In this document: positions 1 through 10,755 of the stretch, in pieces
Layout: the number at the start of each line of letters is the position of its first letter
Position numbering within the stretch: position 1 is the stretch's first letter
NCBI GenBank assembly: GCA_964106915.2
Contig: OZ066921.1
Strand: one strand, 5' to 3'
DNA length: 64,000 bases
Source: Podarcis gaigeae
Taxonomy: Eukaryota
Program-made: the position numbers and the translations under genes
Notes under the pieces: generated by a model
Databases searched by the model: none
Told to the model about the DNA's origin: nothing
Seen by the model: the letters and a program-made list of their open reading frames with translations, nothing else

Positions 1-1352
1 CTGGCAGCAGATCAGGTGAGAGGACATCTTGTCCTGCCCCAGAGTCAGGTTAAGGGACCTTGTGACAACCCCTCTCTGCATTTCCCAGGGACAGCAGCCA
101 GTAGCTGCTCTTTCTCTCCCCCAGCCCTGCTGAAAGAGGAAGCGAGGAAGGGCCATAAACACCCCACCCACCGCCTGCCTGTGCAGGGTACAGACTGTTC
201 TTTTCACTTCTGATGGCTGGCTGATAGCTTCCCTTCCCAGAGATTACAAACCTCAACAGCGGGTTTATGGCAACATTAACCATTAACACTGAGTGACAGG
301 CCAAGAAGCAGCCTGGGAAGCCGATGTGCTGCACACACAGGCAGACTTGCACAACTCAGGGCCAAAGGAGCAGCAGCAATGGGCCCTCTTTCCACCGCAC
401 CAGCCTTTGGCACAGCCTGCTTCCCTGGCTATATCAGTTTGATCCTCTGATTTTACACTTTTTGTCATGCGGCCAAGACCCTGGCGCTTCTTCAGCTTAG
501 CTTAAGTGATGCTAGCCCTGCAATTAAGTGTGTGGAAATCAGCCACATGGGAGAGCAGGCAGGGGGGTGCACTTGAGGAATGTGGCCCTCCCTCCCTAGG
601 CAATCCTGAAGGCCAGGCGGGTCATGCTCTATCTGCCCACTGGGCAAAAGGGGACTAGAAAATCGCAAAGGGGGGGGGTATCACAATTTGGAGAAAATAA
701 TCAGGCAATGGAGGCAACTCACCACCCTTCAACCCATTTGAAGTTTTCATACAACTTCAAAACGGCAGACAGCAAAAAGCAGTCAGGACTGAAGGGCAAA
801 AGGAAAGATTAAATCTAACAAGGGAGACAGGGAGTTTAAAAGTCATAAGGTTAGGCCCGGTTGGGGTGGGGGTACAGACAGAAGGTGGATCAGGATCAAC
901 AGGGAGATCTCTGGGTGACCTGAAGATCAGCGAGGATTTCTGAGTTCCAATTCTTTCATAATGACTCCCCATCCCCCCCAAAAGAAGAAAGCCCGGGGTG
1001 GACTTTTGTGTGGGAAGGTGGTAAGTGCCATTCAGTTCTGGGATTATGTACAAATCCCTGGACTCAGAATGGTTTCAATCTGAATGGGTTTTGTTTTGTA
1101 CCAAGCCCAGGTTGATAGATCTTGGAATTTGTGCATCTCAAAAGGATACTATAGAGCAGGTGGGAAGGGGCAGAAAAAGAGTGAAATGAAGGGGCTGGCA
1201 GAGCAGCTCCCCCGACGGAAGGCAACAACCTTTGGGGGCTTTTTAGTTTAGAAAAAAGGGAGGTGTGTGGTTATGCAGGGTGTGGAGAAAGGGAGTAAGT
1301 AGTAATCCACACATACCCTTTTTCTCATAGTAATGGCAATGCGTAGCCATCT

Positions 1353-1378
1353 GTTAGTTAGTTAGTTAGGTAGGTAGG

Positions 1379-1409
<31 letters not shown>
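1353..1409. repeat. (GTTA)n/(GGTA)n microsatellite
   Basis: Read directly from the sequence. Confidence 0.95.
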
Positions 1410-2542
1410 AATTCTTGTCTATATCCTTTACCTCAAGATCCCAGCTAAGCTGCATACTGAAAGATTCAGGACACAGAAAAGAAAGGACTTCATCATACAA
1501 TTAAACCAGAGCTGGATTTAGGGAAGCGCAACATCTTTGGTCACACTGGGTGTTGCAGGGGACGCCACAACTATCATTTAGAATGGAGCATGAGAGGCAG
1601 GGGGCACCCAATTTCGGCATCGCACAGGCACCTCTGAAATTTGAAAAAACAACAACCCAATAGTTTCATTTGAGTCAGGGCACGTCAGAGCACAGCACAA
1701 CGTATCTGCAGGGCATGCTGGGGTGCTGAAAATGGGAAGTACTAATTTCTACTCAGGTGCAGAGTTCAATGCACAACCGACAAGAAGGCCACAGGTCAGT
1801 GCCAACCAGGCAGCACCCAAAGCTCCTCTGCCACCACCAACAGGGCCAACCAGAGGTTTGATACTGCTTTTCTGGGGTGGTTGTGATGGGGGTTAGGAAC
1901 CTCTCCCCACCCTGCTCCTCAAAGCAAAAGAGGCTGTGGGACCTCCTGCTTTATCGCTCTACTTATCACACTTTTCTCTGAGCCAAAGAAGGGCAGAAAG
2001 CCAGTGGGGAAGCCCCCGCAGAGAAGCCAGCCTCCCTCCAAGCACCAGGCAGCAGCAGAGGCAGAGGAGGCCTGCCTAGGAAGGGGGGTGGCAAAGCTGT
2101 TGCTACCTCTGCTGCGCTGCTGAGGTTTCAGTCAGCTCCCTATCTGAGCAGATAACCGCAGCGTGTGGGCAGACTCATCTAATGCCCACAAAAGGCAGCT
2201 TTATCAGGAACAAGCCCTGCCCCAAGACACGGAATGGAAGAGATAAGCGGAGCAGAACACGGAAGGAAAGCCAGATTGCAGGCAGTTTGAGGCCGTGTCA
2301 TAAACTTCACCTGTAGTGCCCGGGGTGGGGGGAGAAGAGAAAGGAAGCTCAGGAAGGAGAAGCGCGAGGAGGAGTTTGCCTGGTCCAGATCTCACCCCAA
2401 GGCAGCTGGCCAGAGATGCAGCTGGCTCTTCCCCTCTTCCCCAGGGGGCAATGCTGGCTCCTTCTGTATTCAGGGGGCCAGCCAGGCACAAGCAAGGTTA
2501 CAGATATATGCAAATTAATGTTTTAGCTTTAAAGGTACACTA

Positions 2543-2908
2543 GGACGCAGGTGGCGCTGTGGGTTAAAGCCTCAGCGCCTAGGACTTGCCGATCGAAAGG
2601 TCGGCGGTTCGAATCCCTGCGGCGGGGTGCGCTCCCGCTGCTCGGTCCCAGCGCCTGCCAACCTAGCAGTTCGAAAGCACCTCTGGGTGCAAGTAGATAA
2701 ATAGGGACCGCTTACCAGTGGGAAGGTAAACGGCGTTTCCGTGTGCGGCTCTGGCTCGCCAGAGCAGCGATGTCACGCTGACCACGTGACCCGGAAGTGT
2801 CTCCGGACAGCGCTGGCCCCTGGCCTCTTGAGTGAGATGGGCGCACAACCCCAGAGTCTGGCAAGACTGGCCCGTACGGGCAGGGGTACCTTTACCTTTA
2901 CCTTTACC
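2543..2908 (+). mobile_element. Sauria SINE, full length (variant subfamily)
   Basis: tRNA-like head with A/B boxes (gtggcgctgtgg, ggttcgaatcc), (ACCTTT)n tail, perfect 14-bp TSD ttaaaggtacacta at 2529-2542 and 2909-2922. Confidence 0.92.
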
Positions 2909-2935
2909 TTAAAGGTACACTATCCTTTTCGACAA

Positions 2936-3230
2936 GGGATGCGGGTGGCACTGTGGGTTAAACCACAGAGCCTAGGACTTGCCGATCAGAAGGTCAGCGG
3001 TTCGAATCCCTGTGACGGGGTGAGCTCCCGTTGCTCGGTCCCTGCTCCTGCCAACTTAGCAGTTTTCCATGTGCTGCTCTGGTTCGCCAGAAGCGGCTTG
3101 GTTATGCTGACCACATGACCCGGAAGCTGTACGCCGGCTCCCTCGGCCAATAAAGCAAGATGAGCGCCGCAACCCCAGAGTTGGCCACGACTGGACCTAA
3201 TGGTCAGGGGTCCCTTTACCTTTATCTTTT
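2936..3230 (+). mobile_element. Sauria SINE (Podarcis-type) with an internal deletion
   Basis: Head gggatgcgggtggcactgtgg; 3' end ctggacctaatggtcaggggtccctttacc; the central tgcaagtagataaatagg block is missing; TSD ccttttc(g/a)acaa. Confidence 0.9.
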
Positions 3231-5351
3231 AACCTTTTCAACAACCAAAAGGTGCTTATCCCAAAATAAATGTGTTGGGACAGCCAAAGCGAACTCCATT
3301 TCATCCTAGAATGAATGTGATTTTTAGGGATTTTAAATTATGGAACTATCCCTTTTTTAAAAAAAAAAAAAGAACTCTGATCTCTTAGACTCTTCTAGCT
3401 GCATTACTGAAAGGGACTATGAGCTGCAAACTTTTCCATCTCCAATGAGCATGAACCTGAAATGTGCAAGCCCACTCCTTCCCTTCCAAAGGCCCCTTTC
3501 ACACTTTGGGGACCTGGAGCTCAGCTCCCAGGAGGAGAGCCGACTGGAGGGGTTCCTTCCTCCTGCTGAGAGGGCAATGATCCCCAAACCTGCAGGACAT
3601 GCGGCACTGGGGCTCCTTTGGGGCATTTCCAGGGCCACATCAACCTCCTACTTGAGCAGGTGCATCTACTGGCACCAGAACCACAACAGAGAGAGTGTAG
3701 CTCTTTCTTCGAGTTCACACACACTTCCAGGCAACTGCCTCCTTCCCCTTCGTAGACACTCTCAGGGCCAGGCAGGTAAGAAAGAACATCACACGCAGAT
3801 CAAGATTAAGAGTGCCACCATTTCCCCAAAGCAGTGTTCCCACATCACATCCCCGGAGGCTCTGCAACACCTCCTTGATGGCCCATTTTTGCCTTCCTCC
3901 ATCCAGCATCTCCGGGGGGGGGGGGGGCTGCCATCATCCCCGTCCTCATCCAATTTGGGAGCTGGCCACACAGCCGCTTTGTGGACAGTAACTTGATTTC
4001 AAGCATGAAGGCAGCTGTTTGTCTTCCTCCCACACCCAAGAGCAGATGCCAAGTGTCTCTGGCAGATGGATGGGCCCTCGCCAGGCAGCCCCGGAGCCAG
4101 CCATCTTCCAGCCCAACCTGCTCCTCCCGAGAAAGACACCCCTCCTTCCAGATGCAGCTCTTGCAAACAACTAACGTTTGGAAGGGACAGCAGTGACCAG
4201 TGAACACACATTTGCCCCATCTATGTGAGAGTAATTAAAGCCACCCATTACTAGAACATGTCAACAGAAAGAGAAAATAAATAATAAACAAATAAATAAC
4301 AATCCTAAAAAGCATATTGTGTGATATCATGCTAGGAGGGACCTATGGGGAATTGGTGAGAGCCAGTTCACTGATAAATAATGACATAGCAATTAATCAT
4401 GGAAGAGTCGATGCTCCAGCACCCTGCGTAATGAATTAAACTTTGGGAGCCACCTCGGAAGAAACATCCTAATCAAATCACTGTAATCCAAACCTCTCCC
4501 AATGCTGGGCATTCTTGCAATGCACAAGAGAGCAGGTAATTCTTTCATCAAATGTCAGCTTTGAAAATAACCTCTCCAGACTGAGAAATTGCACTACATA
4601 TAAATTGCAGTACATTTCTTGAATATTACACTTAATGAAGAAACTGAAGTGTTGCCAAAGCTGTGCACTGGTTGCAGATGCTAAAGTGTAGTGCCACGGG
4701 AAGTTGCCCAGTTTGCCCTGGTGGACCGCATGCTGGCTGTGGGCCACAGCAGTGCCAATGCCTGTTAAGGAGCTGTCCTGGGCAGCTAATCCACAAAGTA
4801 GAGGACAGACTTGAGAAGCCCCTGTGACTTCTGGTGGTGGGGAGCCCTTCTCTTCTGACTATCGGCACACACATCTCTGACAGAGGATTGGGGTCCAGCC
4901 TGGAAGCCAGGCATAAGCCCAGCAACCTGCGTGGTCTTGATGCCTGTCACACAGTCAGTCATAGGAACAAAGCTCCTATGAGCATGTGCAGGGAAAGGCT
5001 GACCACTGAGCAAGTCCAGAGCAGGCTCAAAGATGCCTTGGATTAGTCAGCAGAAAGCCGCTTCCTGCCCAGGGTCAGCCACAGGCCAGAGCAAAGCGGA
5101 TTCCCTCCCTCCGTTGCCCTCTTCTTGGTCTGGAGCTTCTCCTTCTGCTCCCCCCCCCCCATGAATTTTATGGGAGCCCGTATGCCCCAGGGACCACTAT
5201 TGGGGGCTGGGCATTTAGGAGTGCAAACAAGCATTAAGGTGGCTCCAAGTCTTACAGGTGGGGAACAAAAAACTCTGCACATCTCCCCACATGTCTAACT
5301 CCTGCCCATAGGTCAAGTGAGGACCGCTGCTTGCCTTTCTCAGGGAAAAAG

Positions 5352-5593
5352 TAAAGGTAAAGGGACCCCTGACCATTAGGTCCAGTCGTGGCAGACTCTG
5401 GGGTTGCGGCGCTCATCTCGCTTTAGTGGCCGAGGGAGCCAGCATACAGCTTCCGGGTCATGTGGCCAGCATGTCTAAGCCGCTTTTGGCGAACCAGAGC
5501 AGTGCACGGAAACGCCGTTTACCTTCCCGCCGAAGTGGTACCTATTTATCTACTTGCACTTTGACGTGCTTTTGAACTGCTAGGTTGGCAGGA
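5352..5593 (-). mobile_element. Sauria SINE, 5'-truncated
   Basis: Reverse complement of the SINE 3' two-thirds; 11-bp TSD cagggaaaaag at 5341-5351 and 5594-5604. Confidence 0.92.
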
Positions 5594-8500
5594 CAGGGAA
5601 AAAGCACCTCACGCCAAACCAGGGGTGATGTTTGGGTGTCTAGCCCTAAAGCCATTTTAACAGCCCAGCAGCTGTCCTATGCAATGATCTGAAATACCTG
5701 TGCAATCCTGCCAGGGATGCTAGCCTCAGAGTGGCACTCCAAAAAGTATTTCCAGTCCAAGCGATGTACAGGTGAACCCATCTCAGCAAAAGCCCTTGTA
5801 GGTCAATAGCTACAGACAGATGTCACTGCCCATGAATTCCTTCTATCTTTCTAGAAGGGATAGAAAGCACCAAGTCAAGGACAGTTCTTGAGACTTCAGA
5901 ACAGCAGCTCTTCTGGAGAAGAGGCCTTTGGGCTGCCCCTTATTTATTTAGTCCTGGTACTTCTTCACCCTAAGGCAGGAGTCATCAAAATGGCACCCAG
6001 GGGTGCCAGTGCGCCATTCAATACATCATACGGTGCCTGTGAATGGGCTCAGAAAATATCCCCCTCAGAAATGTACAATATCCCCCTCAGCCTCTCATAC
6101 CCTGGATTCACCCCCTTAAACATGCCAGCTTTTCACTGGATACCAGGACTGGGCACCCTCCCTCTGCTCCGTTCTCAACTGAGGAGAGGTGCAAAGAGCT
6201 TTTCCCTGTGGACAAGTGCAGTGGTAGCTGATGGAAGTGCTTTTCCTCTCCTTGCATCCTATTCCCTCCATCAGTGGGGAAAAGGCACCTAAACCAGAGT
6301 CCAAAGTGGCAGTCTCACACCATTCTCTGCCTCATCTCCTGCAAGATGTGGCAGCCGTTGTGTGTGATGCCATGCGCACACCCCTCCCCACAACAGTCAT
6401 TCCACCCCTGGTGCCCACAGCACTCCCTCAGCATCCCAAATGCACCCACTGGCCCCCCAAAGTGGGTGAGCCCTGCACAACCTTCCCGAGGCAGGCAACA
6501 AAAGCTAAACTTGTGTGACATTCTAACAATACTTCACATTTGCCTAGCGCTTTCAAGCAATGAAGCCCTATAACAACCTTTAAGGCAGGTCCTGAGGAGG
6601 TGTCTCAATAAGAAGCAAGCAGATGCCCACTGCTCCAACACAGAGCCAACAGATCAGCTCCAGTAGAGCAATGCGGGAATATTTTTCCCAGAAAGCAACA
6701 GTGGTGGACTTTTCCCACCAGGCACTGAATGTGTTTCTAGGTGCCCCTGAGCCATGCAGTGTCAGGTGGTGGGTGCACTAGTGATGCTTGCAGAGGTGCA
6801 GGCCAAGCCCTGACGTGCCCTGCCCTCTCCAACTCTACAAGTGAGGCAGAGACCTAGCAGCATACAGCAGAGGTAGCAGTAACTCAGAATGGCAGCTGGT
6901 GGCACAAGTCCCTGGATCCAATGCTAGCGTGTGCTCATATGCTTGAAGCGCACTGAATGCTCACCAGCACAAGATAAGGCTGGTCACTATTGTTGATGTT
7001 GCTCTTATGATTTCCCCTCTTTCCTTTTCCTGAAGCTTCTTCCCCAAGGTCCCCTCCTTCCAGGCCATCAACAGCACAAGCCGGAAGCCACAAATGGTCT
7101 TGACTATAGAGAGCTGCAGAGGCAGGAGGAGGACAAAGCCACCCGGGTCTCTCCAAGAGAAGAGGCTGCACAAAAGAGCTTCCACTTTACCTTCCAGCTT
7201 CCTTGTGCTGATGCTGCCGGGCTGTTTGGCTCCAGCTTCTCACCTTGCACAGGTGGAGGGGGGCCCATCTACACATGAAGAGAGACAACCTGGCGTTAGC
7301 TGGAGAGCGACAGAACTTGGGGAGCCCCTCCACCACCACCACTTCAAAGATTGCTTCAAAGACACAGGAGACACACACCTACAATCTGCTGAAATTTGCC
7401 CAGGGTTTTCCGCAAGTCAATGCAATTCTTACCCTGGCTGAAAGGAGAAGGAAGGGAGGGGGCTGCTCTGGCTGGGTGAGAGGCATTGGAGAGATGGGTA
7501 CGAAGGGGCAGGGGTCAGCCCTCAGGAGGCAACAGGGAGGAGAGACTTTGGACAGAGGAATTGGAAGGATAGGGATGTCAAGGAATGTCAGGGGTATTTT
7601 GCCTCTAAAGAAGTAAAAATAAGCAAGGAAATAACATGTTTGTCTTCTCACGTTTCCAATGGATTTCCTTTGGATTATTCCATCTGGGTACTTTAAAGAC
7701 ACCAATCTTCATGAAGGACTAGATACAACTTTTTCTCTATGCACTGCTGCAGCCTGGGGAGGGGAGGGCACATGCCAAGAATGGAAGGAACAGATGGCTG
7801 GCTTGTTTGAATACAGGGTGGAGCATGCATGATGCTGTAGCCGACAGTCAGAGAAAGCAGGCAAAAGGATGGGCAGTGTTAACTGGGGATCCGCCTTTTC
7901 TCCTGGAACAACAAGGCAGCAAACACCCAGAGGTGACTGGGAGGAAAATAGCTGGGAAACCTTTAAGATATAGTCTCTGGAAAATGTCAGGACTATTTAT
8001 AAGCTATCTTATTAATTGGAAGGACTATATTTATATACGATTTCATGATTTTGATTTGCTGGAGCTCAGTAATCTGGTGTGTGTGGTTTTTTAAATGTAG
8101 AATTGCTTCTGAAAGTTCTAATTTTTAAACATGCTCATGAGGGAGGAAGGAAAGGCAGGTGCCCATAAAAGATGCACCAACATAGAAGAGGAAGCCCGAC
8201 TCTATCCCAGTGGAAGGGATGGCAGTAGGAGCAGGGAGCTGTTCTGTATTTTAATATTTTGTAACTCACTTTGAGATACCTTGTAAAAAAAAATGAGGAA
8301 AAAGTATAAACAATAACATTAACACTAAAATGCTCCGTTGATAAGCAAATCTTACCCAAGCAGCCCTGGGTGGATCCTGCTACTCTTAAGTGGAAACAGA
8401 GGCTTTACTCACAGCAGTACATTTGGGGGAGAAGATAGACAAGCCCCCTATTCACCCAGAGAAAACAGTAGGGTTTTTTTTGGGGGGGGAGATACCAGCC

Positions 8501-9329
8501 AATCTCCAGAGGCTTTGGGCTATAACTCCCAGCAGCTCAGCAGAGAAAGTCTCAGGCTGCGGGACGCTTGAAAAGAGCTTTAACAAATTTGGGCAGGGCT
8601 GAAAAGGTAAAAAGAAAACATGGATACCTCCACATTTTCCCACAGAGACTAAAAAGCCTAGATTTTTATTATTTTATTAATTAGAACATTTGGGAAGGGC
8701 TCTTTTTCACCCCTCTGCTTAGCAGCTAGAAAATGCTGAAGCGCTTTATTTTTGACAACATTCAGCACCTCCACTCCTTCCTCTGTGACAAGCAAACAAC
8801 ACACTCTCTTTCTCCATTGGAGAGACAAGTGCTGGGCCAAGAGGAATGAAGTCTTGCTTTTCTCCCATCCAATTCTCAGCACCCTCCAGCCTTCCCCCAT
8901 AAAAACCAGGCAATATATCTTAAAAGTCTCACACAATATCCATCCCATGTTTGTAAGGAGTCATTCCTTTGAGGGTAGCAAAACCTCTGCTTTGGAACTC
9001 CCTGCCTACTGATGTTAGGCAGACACCAACAATGTACAATGTGTGCTGAAAACATTTGTTACAGTGGGCTGTCCCACTGACACATGATTTGGTTACATCT
9101 GTTCTTCAATTTGATTTTTTTGTTTTTGTTTGCATTTTATTGTTTTAAAAGTTTTAAATATATTTTTATTTGATTTTCACTCTTTAATCAGAGGAACATT
9201 TGCTGCCCTGGGCTCCTGTCTCACTAACTCACTGGGAGCTCTTTGAGAGTGTCAACAAGCATATAGTTAGTTCGACAAAGGACCTCACCCAAGACTCCTG
9301 AGTAAGCTTGGCAGTCACGAGGGCAGGAC

Positions 9330-10755
9330 CTGGATCAGTAAGTGATTAAAGGACAGGAAGTGAAGAGTAGGAATAAGTGAACAGTTTTCTGAATGGAGGG
9401 ATGTAGGAAGTGGAGCCTCCCAATGATCAGTATTGAAACCTGTGCTTTGGGTAGTAGAGGTCTAATTTGTTCATATATGAGCTAGAGTGAGGAATGAGCA
9501 CTCAGGTAACTTTGTTGACAATATCAATTTGTTCAGAGGAGGGGGAGGATTCTGAGGAGCTCCAGAAGGATTTATCCAAACCAGTTGAATGGGCATTAAA
9601 TTACAAATGCAATTCAATGTAAGTAGGACCTTAGGGTGAAGGGTGGGGAATGAATGAATGAATGAGTGTATAGTGAGCAGGAAGGTATCTTCATTTCACA
9701 CCTATGTCCCTGCAGTTTGAACTGGCCAGCAACGATACCTTGGGGTCACAGCAGATAGCTCAGTGACGGCACTGGCCCGATTTGGGGCAGCTTTGAAAAA
9801 TGTGTATGTATGTATGTACTTATATCAGCTTACCCAAAAGTGACTTACAAGCAAACAGACAGTAGACCCCACATAGCTACATTAAAACTAAGAGGGACGA
9901 GAAATACATTAAAAACATCCCACCCACTTCTAAAAGGCCTGGTTATAGAGGAAAGTTTTGGCCTTGCCGCTGAAGATATGTAATGAAACGGCCAAGTGAG
10001 CCATCCTAGGAAGAGGCATTTCACAAACGGGGAGCCACCACAGAAAATGCCCATTCTCGTGTTGTCACCCTTTGGGCCACTCATGGAGGGGGCACACAAA
10101 GAGAGGCCTTGGATTATTATTGTATGGTCCAGGTCAGTTCATATGGAGAGAGGCAGTCCTTGAGGTACTGCTACTTTATAGGTCAAAAACATCACTCTGA
10201 ATTGGGCCCAGAAACTAACTGGCAGCCGGTGCAGTTGGGCCAGGAATGGAGTTATATGCTTAAATCATCTGGCCCTGGTGAACAACTTGGCCACTGAAAT
10301 CCATGCTTAAGGATCATTGGGAAAGGAATTGAAAATAAAGCTGCTGATATCATAATGCCACTACTGCATACCAATCTATGAAGTGACCACACTGGGAAGA
10401 CTGTGTAAGTATAGTTCTGGTTAGCTCACATCTAAAAGGATATTGTAGAGCTGCAAAAGGTTCAGCAAAGGGCCAACGGGATTCTTGAGGGAATAGAGGA
10501 AAGGTTTGGGGTTTCTTAGTGTGGAAAAGGTAAGTGTGAAGATAACAGAGGTGCATAGAATTAGGCCGGGCATTGAAAAAGTGGACAGAGACAAGTTTCT
10601 CTCTGTCTCTCTTAAGAGTAGAGCTTGTGGACTTCCAACAGAGCTCAGTTTGGAGGATCCAGGCCAGAGAACAGAAAATGCTTCACGCAGCACAGAGTTA
10701 AACTGTGGGACTGATACTCACACAAGATGTAGTGATGGCCTGGCCACCATTTGAG
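9330..10755 (+). mobile_element. Degraded CR1 LINE, 3' part of ORF2, interrupted by an L2-like fragment
   Basis: CR1-like nucleotide tracts (gagctccagaaggatttatccaaac, aggatcattgggaaaggaattgaaaataaa, gaaaaagtggacagagacaagtttctct); boundaries approximate. Confidence 0.7.
9800..10296 (-). mobile_element. L2-like LINE 3' fragment nested in the CR1
   Basis: Squamate L2-like 3' sequence (ggagccaccacagaaaatgccc, gaattgggcccagaaactaactggcagcc) with a short TATG repeat at its tail. Confidence 0.6.

Noticed and set aside
2543-2625. tRNA-like A and B boxes
   Set aside because: These are SINE heads continuing into SINE bodies, not tRNA genes; the same applies near 2936, 28095 and 53200.
3731-3775. Plus-strand 45-nt segment flanked by ccag| and |gtaag
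   Set aside because: An isolated splice-like pair antisense to HSD11B2 with no partner exons; expected by chance.
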